The position numbers were made by a program, and so were the translations under genes. DNA of 64,000 bases from a virus, in IMG/VR virus record IMGVR_UViG_3300017917_002401, positions 25,128 through 89,127 of that record; one strand, written 5' to 3'. The notes beneath the pieces are model-generated. The model was not told where the DNA came from. It searched no databases and saw only the letters and a program-made list of their open reading frames with translations. This document shows, one piece after another, positions 45,986 through 55,312 of the stretch. Position 1 is the first letter of the stretch, and every line of letters begins with the position of its first letter.

Positions 45986-47119
45986 ATGAAAAAACTTGTA
46001 TTAGTAGTTGCATTAGTATTTGGCAATGCTGTTGCCCAAACTACTTATGATTCAACAACCTTAGTAGATACAAATAATACCAGTAATTCAACAAGTACTG
46101 TAACCAGTACTAATACTACAAATAGTAACAGTACCAGCACAAGTACTAGTAACGTTACTACAACAAATAATAATACCAGTACCACTTCCAATACTAACTA
46201 CAATGTTAATAGCGGAACCCAAACAGTAAATAACAATAATGTTAATAGTGGTACAATGACGTATAATAACAATAACGTCAATAGTGGTACTATGACCTAC
46301 AACAATAATAATGCCAGTACGTCTTCAAGCGTATCCACTAATAATAATATTAATAGTGGTACAATGACGTATAACAATAACACCACTTCTACTAATACAA
46401 ACTATAACGTCAATACAGGTACTATGACGTATAATAACAATAACGTTAATACAAGTACCTCAACCAGTACTAATACAAATAATAATATTAATACTGGTAC
46501 AATGACGTATAATAATAACAATGCTAGTACAAGTACAAGCACTGCTGTTAATACCAATACTAACACTAACATAAATCAAAGTGCAAGTACCAGTACCAAT
46601 ACTAATATTAATCAGAACCAATCTGTTAATACCAATGTAAATCAAAACATTCAAAGTGGTGAAGTAACAAACAAAAACTTGAATGAAAGTGTTATTACTC
46701 AACGTGTAATTCAACCACCTCCAACCGCGGTAGCGCCTGCTATGTTATCCGGTGGTAATGCTGACTTGTGTTCTACTGGCAGTAGTGGCAGTGTACAAAC
46801 CCAAGTATTTGGTGTTAGCAGTGGCGGTACAATTCGTGATATGAATTGTGAACGACTAAAACTAAGCAAAACACTATACGACATGGGTATGAAAGTTGCG
46901 GCAGTTGCTACAATGTGTCAGGATCGCCGTGTGTTTGATGCTATGATGCAAGCGGGAACACCCTGTCCTTATGAAGGCATGATTGGCGAACAAGCTAAAG
47001 CTGCCTGGGACTCAAATCCTGAGAAGGTTCCTCAGTTAGAGAAGGAAAAGTTAGATGACACGTATAAAAAAGTGGGTATTGGCGCACTGCTTGGCATTAT
47101 TGCTCATAAACTTTTCTAA
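45986..47119 (+). CDS. Secreted Asn/Thr-repeat protein with Cys-containing C-terminal domain
   Basis: Signal peptide; N[VI]N[ST]GT[MQ]T repeats; PPPTAVAP...CERLKLSK...CQD...GTPCP. Confidence 0.75.
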   Translation: MKKLVLVVALVFGNAVAQTTYDSTTLVDTNNTSNSTSTVTSTNTTNSNSTSTSTSNVTTTNNNTSTTSNTNYNVNSGTQTVNNNNVNSGTMTYNNNNVNSGTMTYNNNNASTSSSVSTNNNINSGTMTYNNNTTSTNTNYNVNTGTMTYNNNNVNTSTSTSTNTNNNINTGTMTYNNNNASTSTSTAVNTNTNTNINQSASTSTNTNINQNQSVNTNVNQNIQSGEVTNKNLNESVITQRVIQPPPTAVAPAMLSGGNADLCSTGSSGSVQTQVFGVSSGGTIRDMNCERLKLSKTLYDMGMKVAAVATMCQDRRVFDAMMQAGTPCPYEGMIGEQAKAAWDSNPEKVPQLEKEKLDDTYKKVGIGALLGIIAHKLF

Positions 47120-48746
47120 TGCCCAAGAATCTGTAACAGGAAATCTTGTTAACTTTACAGGAACTCCTACTGCTACAACCAGTAATTGGTATAATGCTGG
47201 GCAAGTAGGAGGTTCACTGTCTTGCTGGTCACCTCAAGATGGTTGGTACGGCGCTTATTGCGGCCCTAGACCTTATGTAAATGCCAATGGCTATGGTATG
47301 ATAAACTTTAGCTATGGTTATACAGACTTACATCAAGTTGTAAACATAGCTAATGCATTACCAAATAGCGGAACCGGCCTACAAGTAACCGGCTTTAACT
47401 TTGCTTTTAGAGCTAAAAATGGTAATGGCTGGGACGGAGCCCGACAAGATTACTTAGATGCTTATGTTTTATTTACAGACCCAAGTGGTAAAGTACTAGA
47501 ACATTATGATTACGGTGCTTGGACCAATCGCCGATATGATTGGACAAATTTTTACTTTAGTGAAACTTTTAGTGCGGCAAGACCAACCAAAGACTTGGGC
47601 ACAGCACAGTATGGTTTTATAGGGTATGATACAAATGGTTGGGCAGGCCCTTATGGTCCTGAAGTAACCAATGTTCAATTTAGCTTAAAGTACTCAGTTG
47701 ATATGTGTGCTATGGATGTGCTAAGCTCTCCGACTTGTCCTGGGTATTTAGAAGCTATTTCTAAATTTACGGTACCCACAGCTGCAGCACCAGAGCCTGT
47801 AGTGCAAGCCGCAACTCAACCAACAGAAACTGTTAGCACAAGCTCACCAACTGCTGTAGTTACAACACAACCAGTTGCAAATACAACTGCCCCAACCTCA
47901 GTAACTCCAGCAACAACTACAGCAGCGACCACTAGTTCACAATCAAAACCAGGAGCTAGTTTACAGCAAATACTTGGAATTGTTAGAGCAGAACAAGATA
48001 GAGTAAGCTCTGTGGAAAAACAAACTGTAAGTCAAGCAGTTAGTGCAGCGCTCACCACTTCTAGCAAAGCCAAAGAAGAAGCTGAAACGGTTGCGCTGCA
48101 AGCAGTACAACAGTTAACATCGCAAACAACTTTTCAAGGTGGTAATAGTGTACAAACTAACAGCAAATCAGTCGTTAATGTTTTAGCAAATTCAGGCCCA
48201 CAAGCGGGATCTGCCATTACTAACAGTTTTAAACCAACTGAAATTGCTGCTAGTATTCAACAGCCACAGCCCATACAGATTTTACAAAATATAGCTCCAG
48301 CAGCAAGCATAATTCAGCAAGAACAACCAAGACTGCCCGAACAAATATTTTTTAGCAATACACCTGCAAGTATTGCACCAGTGCCTAAAATTGAGGTACC
48401 GGAACCTACAAAATTAGTAGCAGCCATAAGACCTGGTGAGTTTACGCCGTTCTCATTAACAGATACCACCGAAATAAAACAACCAGAAGTAAACCAAAAT
48501 ACTGGACCTTCTGTTAATAAATCTGTTAGTAATAACGAACTTGCTACTGGAAAAGGCATAGAGCAGTTAGCTACTATACCTAAATCATTCAACCTTTATA
48601 CTCAGGCATTATTACAGGATGCCCAATTTTACAGTGATAAACCCGTTTACAGAAACCAGCGTGTAGTAGATAATCAAAAAGTCTTAAGACAATTATCTTC
48701 TGATAGATTACATCAGCAGCTGGTAGAATTACAATACCAGAAGTGA
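47055..48746 (+). CDS. Secreted protein with aromatic-rich N-terminal domain and Pro/Thr/Gln linker
   Basis: Signal peptide (..FSNA); SPTCPGY; low-complexity C-terminal half. Confidence 0.7.
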   Translation: MTRIKKWVLAHCLALLLINFSNAQESVTGNLVNFTGTPTATTSNWYNAGQVGGSLSCWSPQDGWYGAYCGPRPYVNANGYGMINFSYGYTDLHQVVNIANALPNSGTGLQVTGFNFAFRAKNGNGWDGARQDYLDAYVLFTDPSGKVLEHYDYGAWTNRRYDWTNFYFSETFSAARPTKDLGTAQYGFIGYDTNGWAGPYGPEVTNVQFSLKYSVDMCAMDVLSSPTCPGYLEAISKFTVPTAAAPEPVVQAATQPTETVSTSSPTAVVTTQPVANTTAPTSVTPATTTAATTSSQSKPGASLQQILGIVRAEQDRVSSVEKQTVSQAVSAALTTSSKAKEEAETVALQAVQQLTSQTTFQGGNSVQTNSKSVVNVLANSGPQAGSAITNSFKPTEIAASIQQPQPIQILQNIAPAASIIQQEQPRLPEQIFFSNTPASIAPVPKIEVPEPTKLVAAIRPGEFTPFSLTDTTEIKQPEVNQNTGPSVNKSVSNNELATGKGIEQLATIPKSFNLYTQALLQDAQFYSDKPVYRNQRVVDNQKVLRQLSSDRLHQQLVELQYQK

Positions 48747-48753
48747 GGTACCT

Positions 48754-49317
48754 ATGGCAGATAACAAAGACGTTAATGCTAAGATAGATGCGGCCGAAGC
48801 AGCCGTACATAAATATGCAAGTAAAGATACTGTTATCAGTATTGGCGGATATGAATTTACTCCAGCTAAACTGATGGTAGCCTTTACACTAGTATCTTCA
48901 ATGCTTGGTGGTTTATATGGCACTTTTGAGGTGTATAAAGATTATCAAGGTATGAAGAAGAAAATAGCAGAATATATCTCACCTGATCTCAGCGAGTTTG
49001 ATAAACGATTGGCTGTTATTGAGCAAAACAGTGCGAAAACTTCTGATTATACTCGTGATATAAAGAATGATCTTAAAAATGATTTACGTCGTAATGAAAC
49101 AGTAACTGAACAAATTGAGCGTAGTGTTAAACAAGCTCAACGTGAAACAGATGCTGACTTAAAAACTGTGCAAAAAGATCTTCGCGCAAACTTAGACCGT
49201 AATCGTGATGATATGGATAAACTAAAACGCGACATAGATTCTAAACTGGAAAAGATTAATAGAGACGTAGATACAAAGATTCAAAAAGCTATAGATAATC
49301 CTTTAGCTAATAAGTAA
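48754..49317 (+). CDS. Single-TM coiled-coil protein
   Basis: TM LMVAFTLVSSMLGGLYG; C-terminal IQKAIDNPLA. Confidence 0.7.
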   Translation: MADNKDVNAKIDAAEAAVHKYASKDTVISIGGYEFTPAKLMVAFTLVSSMLGGLYGTFEVYKDYQGMKKKIAEYISPDLSEFDKRLAVIEQNSAKTSDYTRDIKNDLKNDLRRNETVTEQIERSVKQAQRETDADLKTVQKDLRANLDRNRDDMDKLKRDIDSKLEKINRDVDTKIQKAIDNPLANK

Positions 49318-49319
49318 TC

Positions 49320-49823
49320 ATGATAGATCCTATTAGCATAGGAGCTGCTTTCGTTGCCGCACAAAGTGTTGTTAGTAATATAAAAAGTGCAATGAATACA
49401 TCAAAGGATGTAGTCAGTATTGTTAATGACATTGGTAAGTTCTTTACACTAGAATCAGATATTCAAAAAGCTAATATTCAGTTAAAGCTGAATCTGCTGA
49501 AGAAATCTGATTCGGAATTACAAGCTCAGGCATTGCAAACAGCTTTTATGGCTAATCAAATGATCGAGTATAAAAAGGAATTAAAAAATCTATTATACTG
49601 GTCAGGCAATGCTGAAATCTGGGATAACATGCAAAAAGAGCATATCCGTCTTGTAAAAGAAAAACATCGCTTAGAGCGAGAACAGAAAGAAGCAGAGAGA
49701 AAAAGAAAAGAGCGATTAGCTGAAGTTATATTCAACGGAGTTATTGTCTTTAGTATATTTGTAGTGCTAGGCATATTAGCTTCTGTGCTTTGGATAATCT
49801 TTACCAAAAATTTATCTGTGTAA
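49320..49823 (+). CDS. Membrane protein
   Basis: MIDPISI N-terminus; C-terminal TM. Confidence 0.7.
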   Translation: MIDPISIGAAFVAAQSVVSNIKSAMNTSKDVVSIVNDIGKFFTLESDIQKANIQLKLNLLKKSDSELQAQALQTAFMANQMIEYKKELKNLLYWSGNAEIWDNMQKEHIRLVKEKHRLEREQKEAERKRKERLAEVIFNGVIVFSIFVVLGILASVLWIIFTKNLSV

Positions 49824-49835
49824 TTAGGAGAAACA

Positions 49836-50384
49836 ATGGCTGAGGAAAAGAAACCTCTTAGTAGATCAGAGCGAGAAGCTCAAATTAAAGATAAAGCTGG
49901 ATGGGTTATTACTGTTCTTGCTGCTCTTCTGGCCATTAATACTTATATTAGTAGTGGCAATAGTAGTAAGGTTCTTAACAACACAATAAAAGCCAACGAT
50001 ACCTGGAGCTTTTATCAAGCTAAATCTATTAAGCAAACACTAGCTGAAATGGCAAAAGACGATGCTGAATATCGTGGTGAAAAGGCAAAAGTAGAAAAGT
50101 TACAGGCTAAAATAGATCGTTATGAAAGCGATCCAGCTACAGGCGAAGGCAAAAAAGAACTAATGGCAAAAGCCAAGGCTCTAGAAGCTGAGCGTGATCA
50201 GATCAAAAAATCTAATCCATGGTTAACTTTTGCTGGTAGCTTTTTTCAAATCGCAATTGTTTTATTATCCGCTTCTATCTTAGCAGTGAGTATGCCACTA
50301 TTCTGGGCTTCTACAGTTGTAGGAAGTATAGCAACATTATTTATGTCACAAGGTCTATGGCTGTGGCTACCACTAACCCTATGA
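49836..50384 (+). CDS. DUF4337-like membrane protein
   Basis: ANDTWSFYQAKSIKQ...FQIAIVL.SASIL. Confidence 0.7.
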   Translation: MAEEKKPLSRSEREAQIKDKAGWVITVLAALLAINTYISSGNSSKVLNNTIKANDTWSFYQAKSIKQTLAEMAKDDAEYRGEKAKVEKLQAKIDRYESDPATGEGKKELMAKAKALEAERDQIKKSNPWLTFAGSFFQIAIVLLSASILAVSMPLFWASTVVGSIATLFMSQGLWLWLPLTL

Positions 50385-50392
50385 GGTATTAG

Positions 50393-50827
50393 ATGGAAGA
50401 AAAGAAATCCCAAGAAGATTGGATGACCCGAAAGTGGCGTCCAATGATGGCAATTATGTATATGCTAGTATGTTTATGTGATTTTGCCATATTCCCTATT
50501 TTATGGACTCTGGTTCAATTTTATGAAACCGAAGCCGCTAATGATGCATTCCGTCAGTGGGCTCCTATTACCTTACAAGGTGGAGGATTATTCCACGTTG
50601 CAATGGGTGCTGTACTTGGCGTTAGTGCTTGGAGTCGTGGTCAAGAAAAGATTGCAGGGGCTACATCACCTAGCTTGCCAGATCCCGTACCGGCTGCACC
50701 ATCAGTAACAAACTCACTTGCTCAAGGTAGCCCAGGCACAAGTGCACAAGACTTTGCACCCCCAGCACCAAAAGCAGGATTTGGTGGAAAATTAGCTCCT
50801 CCAGCTGCTCCTCAACCTCTAATTTAA
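50393..50827 (+). CDS. Putative holin
   Basis: KWRPMM..Y...W.P.TLQGGGLFH.AMGAVLG..AW.R.QEK; Pro-rich tail. Confidence 0.6.
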   Translation: MEEKKSQEDWMTRKWRPMMAIMYMLVCLCDFAIFPILWTLVQFYETEAANDAFRQWAPITLQGGGLFHVAMGAVLGVSAWSRGQEKIAGATSPSLPDPVPAAPSVTNSLAQGSPGTSAQDFAPPAPKAGFGGKLAPPAAPQPLI

Positions 50828-50835
50828 GGATTACT

Positions 50836-51012
50836 ATGCGCTATTTAATTTTAACTGTTGCACTAATGTTTGGTACTGCTTATGCAGCAGAACCTCAAAC
50901 TAAAAAGGTTTGCCAAGAAACAAAAGATGCTAAAACTGGCAAAACCAAAGAAGTGTGTAAAACAGTAAAAATACACAAAAAGCTAGAAGGTACCAAAGTT
51001 CCTGCTAAATAA
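50836..51012 (+). CDS. Small secreted basic protein (58 aa)
   Basis: Hand-translated MRYLILTVALMFGTAYA-AEPQTKKVC...EVCKTVKIHKKLEGTKVPAK; AAGGA RBS. Confidence 0.7.
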   Translation: MRYLILTVALMFGTAYAAEPQTKKVCQETKDAKTGKTKEVCKTVKIHKKLEGTKVPAK

Positions 51013-51020
51013 AATTTGTA

Positions 51021-51049
51021 TTGACCTAACAAGCAGGGCCTGGTATAAT
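51021..51049 (+). promoter_or_regulatory. sigma70 promoter
   Basis: TTGACC-17-TATAAT. Confidence 0.7.
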
Positions 51050-51089
51050 ATATACTCAGGCCCGATTTATTAACCACACAAGGAAGTTT

Positions 51090-51776
51090 ATGGCAAGTGG
51101 TAAAAAAGCTAGACGTGGTAAAGTTGTTTCTGCCAATAGTAATCCGGTAGAATATGGTTTTCGTGATGTAAAACCGTTAAACTTTATTCAAGGCGAATAT
51201 TTAAGAGCTATACAAGAAAATGATATAATTTTCGGAATTGGCTCTGCTGGTACAGGTAAAACTTATGTTGCTGCTACTTATGCAGCGGGTGAGTTGTTTC
51301 ATAGACGCGTAGAGAAAATAATTCTCACAAGACCTAATGTAGAAACAGGTCGCGGCTTAGGATTTTTACCAGGTACTTTGGAAGAAAAATATGCCCCTTA
51401 TCTAGACCCATTTGATCAGGTTTTTACAAAAAGCCTAGGAAAAGGTTTTTATGAGTACGCGCTAAAAAACAGCAATATTGATCCTAAACCGCTGGGATTC
51501 ATGCGAGGGGCAACCTTTGATAATTGCATTGTATTAGTAGACGAAGCTCAAAACGCCACTCGTGAAGAAATGAAAATGCTCTTAAGCCGTATTGGTAAGA
51601 ATTGCAAAATGATTATCAGCGGAGATGTTGACCAGTCGGATATCCCAGATAGCGGGTTAAGTGATGCGGTAAAACGTTTAGAGCATATTGAAGGCATTGA
51701 AGTTGTACGATTTATGGATGATGATATTGTTCGTAGTCGTATGTGTAAACAAATTATTTTAGCATACAAGAATTAA
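51090..51776 (+). CDS. phoH: PhoH-family ATPase
   Basis: GSAGTGKT, LGFLPG, FMRGATF, VDEAQN, SGDVDQSD. Confidence 0.95.
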   Translation: MASGKKARRGKVVSANSNPVEYGFRDVKPLNFIQGEYLRAIQENDIIFGIGSAGTGKTYVAATYAAGELFHRRVEKIILTRPNVETGRGLGFLPGTLEEKYAPYLDPFDQVFTKSLGKGFYEYALKNSNIDPKPLGFMRGATFDNCIVLVDEAQNATREEMKMLLSRIGKNCKMIISGDVDQSDIPDSGLSDAVKRLEHIEGIEVVRFMDDDIVRSRMCKQIILAYKN

Positions 51777-51777
51777 A

Positions 51778-52620
51778 ATGGCTGATTTAAACCTAAAACC
51801 AACGGAAGGCATGGCCTCCGCAGCTCGTAGAGCACTAAAATGGAAAGAAGAAGGTAAGCCAGGAGGTACTGCCGTTGGATTAGCCAGAGCACATCAGCTA
51901 GTTAAACAGGAGACCTTAAGTGAGCGTACAGTTCTTCGTATGTACTCATTTTTCAGCAGACATGAGCCCGACAAACAAGCCACAGGATTTAATAGTGGCG
52001 AAGAAGGTTATCCTAGCAAAGGTAGAGTAGCCTGGGATTTGTGGGGCGGTGATGCAGGGTACAGTTGGAGTAAAACAAAGCGTGATCAAATTATGCGCGC
52101 CAGAGAAGGTAAAGTACTTGTTATTACAAACGCTTTAGCACTAGGAAATACTATGGAAGACTTAATTAATTATTTGAAATCAGCGTTTGCTAGTGAGTAT
52201 GCTTTTGCACTAAAAGCACAAAATTTTCACTGGAACGTAGAGGGCGATGATTTCCCTCAATTGCATGCACTATTTGAGCGTATCTATGACGAAGTATATG
52301 GCAGTATTGATGATTTTGCAGAAAACATTCGCAAGATACAAGCATATACTCCAGCAAGTTTATCAGCACTAAATAAAATCAGTGCTGTAGGTGGAATAGA
52401 TCAAATGCCTATGTATTGTCACGATATGTTACAAAATTTGCTAACAGATAGTGAAAATATGGAACAAATGTTTGCTATTGCCTATGAAAAAGCAGATGCT
52501 AATAAAAAGTACGGTTTAGCTAACTTCTTGGCAGATCGTCAAGATGCTCATGCAAAACACAGCTGGATGCTACGCGCCACATTAGTGGTTGACGAAGATG
52601 AAATGACTGGTAATGACTAA
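51778..52620 (+). CDS. dps: Fusion: uncharacterised phage domain + Dps/ferritin-like domain
   Basis: C-terminal half NFHWNVEG..F..LH.LFE..Y......DDFAENIR...WML; N-terminal half GGTAVGLARA..RMYSFFSRHE..WDLWGG. Confidence 0.8.
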   Translation: MADLNLKPTEGMASAARRALKWKEEGKPGGTAVGLARAHQLVKQETLSERTVLRMYSFFSRHEPDKQATGFNSGEEGYPSKGRVAWDLWGGDAGYSWSKTKRDQIMRAREGKVLVITNALALGNTMEDLINYLKSAFASEYAFALKAQNFHWNVEGDDFPQLHALFERIYDEVYGSIDDFAENIRKIQAYTPASLSALNKISAVGGIDQMPMYCHDMLQNLLTDSENMEQMFAIAYEKADANKKYGLANFLADRQDAHAKHSWMLRATLVVDEDEMTGND

Positions 52621-52621
52621 T

Positions 52622-52658
52622 AAAAAAGCCCCTATAACTTGCGTTATAGGGGCTTTTT
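52622..52658. terminator. Bidirectional terminator between the converging arms
   Basis: AAAAAAGCCCCTATAAC-TTGC-GTTATAGGGGCTTTTT. Confidence 0.9.
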
Positions 52659-52660
52659 GT

Positions 52661-52861
52661 TTATTCAGCTTTTATTTGTTCTTCAGCAGGTGGCTGAGGT
52701 GGCTGAGGTAGCTGAGGCTGAGCCTGATTTCTGATCTTTTCGCTTAGTGGATTACAGATCTTGCCTGGCAGCTCTTGTAAAGCTACTAGAATAGCATTGA
52801 CTTCATCAAGGCTCAGGTCTGTTAAATTAATGCGAATGATTTCGTTTGTTTGTTGTTCCAT
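52661..52861 (-). CDS. Hypothetical protein
   Basis: LSLDEVNAILVALQELP...KIRNQAQPQL. Confidence 0.7.
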   Translation of the reverse strand: MEQQTNEIIRINLTDLSLDEVNAILVALQELPGKICNPLSEKIRNQAQPQLPQPPQPPAEEQIKAE

Positions 52862-52870
52862 GATTTTACT

Positions 52871-54835
52871 TTAACGAATAGGACAAGCACCAGTTGCACA
52901 ATCTTCGCCCATAATTTCATCAAAACTATTGGCATCATCAAGCGATACTGGTTTTAAGTTATAAACATACTCTTTGAAAGTTTGTTCATCAACTACTTCT
53001 TGTGGAAGATATAAATAGCCAAGATCTTTGGCAGTTTTTGTAGGATCAGTACGATAAATAAAACTCACGCCTACATAAGTATCCCAATTATCCAGCAACC
53101 AGTCAATAATTGCTGGGACTTCACTAGGATCGTAACTAATAGTTACTGATGTATTTTGCTGAGTCCAGCTATTCTGAATCAGTTTATACTTTTCTAGTTG
53201 ATCAACAGCACTGTCTAAGTTAACTTCTTTTCCTTCTACAATATTAAAAGGAACATCTTCCCATTCTACCGGGAAAGTAACAAGAACGCCGCTATCATCA
53301 GTAGGGTGATTGATAACATTGTAATTTGCTTGACGCAGAACTTCTACAACTGGGTCATATTTACTGAACTGTACGTTGTTGAATATGTACTTGCCCAGGG
53401 GTTTGTGAATACCTTCGGTTGTGTCCATGATTTTAGACAGTGTCCCAGAGGGTTTGACACAAGTAACGTTTTTAGGTCTTGGTAATCCCAGCTCGTCTGC
53501 CATGCCGATGGCAGCACTTGTTGCTGTACGCTTGAGATATTCATAGTCGTATCCTGTCATATCAGGACGTTTAGCGATTCCGGTGAGTCCGACGCCACAT
53601 AAACGTAGGAAATAATTATTGAGGTGCCAACTTTCTTGTAGGATACCATCCAATAAGTTGACGCAAGTCTGGCGATAGTTCGCTCTAGCTGCAAGTCTGA
53701 TAGCTTCGTGGAGTCCAGCTGTATCACCTTTAAACTTGGCGATATCCGTTTCCGTAAGATTGCAGAAGGACTTGTTTCCCAATAAGATTTCCACGCAGGG
53801 ATTGGCTCCCTTAAACCATGGAGCGCGTCTACGTGCTTCAACGGCGTTAATAAATCCAGGCTCACTTCCACCTGCTTTCTGCATCATATCAAAAATCTTT
53901 TCTAGATCTTTGCGTAGAGGCTTTTCATTAAATACCAGACTATTATTACTTTGCTGACGGTGAGCGTTATTGTGTAACCACCAATCTTTCTTTGCTACAG
54001 CAAACTCTTCCCATTCCGGCTGTCCGTAGTCGAAAAGGGCGATCTCAGCACTTCTACGGCTAGATAGAATAGTGCCCAGATGATTAACAATGTCCAGAAT
54101 ATCCATCCTAGTAAGTAAACTATCAGCGCGACCATTAAGTATGTTGGCAATAGCAACATAAGCAGTACTGATAGCACTATCACCCGAACTAATCCAGCCA
54201 TATCCTTTTAACCTTTCACCTGCAGGTCGCAGTTGGCTAAAGTCAAGCACTAACGTATCAGCGGGATACTTTCCAGCAAGTAGCTTTCCAATGGATTTAG
54301 CCCATGCTTCTGCTGAGTCTCCGACACTAATTGTCCAAGTACGGGATTCACTGTCCCAGGTTTCGACATTATGCTCGCGCCCACCTTTTGATGTGCGTGT
54401 GCTTCTAACCACTCGAATGTTCTTGATTGGGTGTGAAAATCCATTTAGGGTACCAACAATTGGTTTAAATCCTACTCCGCAACCCTGTAGTAACAACCAT
54501 AGTACATCTACTACGTCATATACAGTTTCTACATGGGTAAAGCTACAATTAAACTGTGATGCTTCGCGGCTCTTGGCTACGCTAGTGCCGCCCAACCACA
54601 ATGTGCGGCCACTCATTAATACTTTACGATCTAGCATTAGTTGTTCAAGATCGTAGAGTTCTTCATATTCGCGGTCGTTTAGGTCACGACCAACTGCACG
54701 TTCCCACAACCACCCTTGATGGTCGATAACGCGTGCAACCGTTTCTTGCCATGTTTCAAATTGTTTTCCGTCGTCTGAAGTTGGGCGATTGTATGTACGA
54801 CGTGTAATTACTTGCGCTCGTGTTGAAACAGCCAT
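52871..54835 (-). CDS. nrdJ: Class II (B12-dependent, monomeric RTPR-type) ribonucleotide reductase
   Basis: GRTLW, FNCS, GCGVGF, EPGF, NPCVEI, TCVKPSGT, C-terminal CATGACPIR. Confidence 0.9.
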   Translation of the reverse strand: MAVSTRAQVITRRTYNRPTSDDGKQFETWQETVARVIDHQGWLWERAVGRDLNDREYEELYDLEQLMLDRKVLMSGRTLWLGGTSVAKSREASQFNCSFTHVETVYDVVDVLWLLLQGCGVGFKPIVGTLNGFSHPIKNIRVVRSTRTSKGGREHNVETWDSESRTWTISVGDSAEAWAKSIGKLLAGKYPADTLVLDFSQLRPAGERLKGYGWISSGDSAISTAYVAIANILNGRADSLLTRMDILDIVNHLGTILSSRRSAEIALFDYGQPEWEEFAVAKKDWWLHNNAHRQQSNNSLVFNEKPLRKDLEKIFDMMQKAGGSEPGFINAVEARRRAPWFKGANPCVEILLGNKSFCNLTETDIAKFKGDTAGLHEAIRLAARANYRQTCVNLLDGILQESWHLNNYFLRLCGVGLTGIAKRPDMTGYDYEYLKRTATSAAIGMADELGLPRPKNVTCVKPSGTLSKIMDTTEGIHKPLGKYIFNNVQFSKYDPVVEVLRQANYNVINHPTDDSGVLVTFPVEWEDVPFNIVEGKEVNLDSAVDQLEKYKLIQNSWTQQNTSVTISYDPSEVPAIIDWLLDNWDTYVGVSFIYRTDPTKTAKDLGYLYLPQEVVDEQTFKEYVYNLKPVSLDDANSFDEIMGEDCATGACPIR

Positions 54836-54844
54836 AATATCCTT

Positions 54845-55312
54845 TTATTTTCCAGTAGAACCAAAACCACCGGTTCCACGCTGTGTATCGTTCCAAATAT
54901 CTATAAAATTCAATAATTCTACTCGCTGAATCACTAACTGGGCAATACGATCACCACGCGTAATTTTATAAGGGTCTTCGCCAAGATTTTTCAAAATCAC
55001 TTTGATATTGCCACGGTAATCCGCATCAATAACGCCTACGCTGTGAGGGATACTAATTCCCTTTTTTCCTTGACTCGATCTGTTAAATACAAACCCGGCG
55101 TAGCCTTGCGGAATTTTGACCGCTACTCCTGTATCAACAAGTTTTTGTTCTCCGGGATAAATTTCCAAAGTTTCGGTGCTCATTAAATCTGCACCAGCAT
55201 CAGTGGGATTAGCTCGACGTGGTAGGAATTCTTTGTCTTCCACTAAACATTGAATTGTTGATCTCACGGTATCAATAGTGCTATTGCTACATATATATTG
55301 ATTAAGATTCAT
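54845..55312 (-). CDS. dut: Trimeric dUTPase
   Basis: AGADL, RSS, GVIDADYRG, RIAQL, RGTGGFGSTG. Confidence 0.95.
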   Translation of the reverse strand: MNLNQYICSNSTIDTVRSTIQCLVEDKEFLPRRANPTDAGADLMSTETLEIYPGEQKLVDTGVAVKIPQGYAGFVFNRSSQGKKGISIPHSVGVIDADYRGNIKVILKNLGEDPYKITRGDRIAQLVIQRVELLNFIDIWNDTQRGTGGFGSTGK

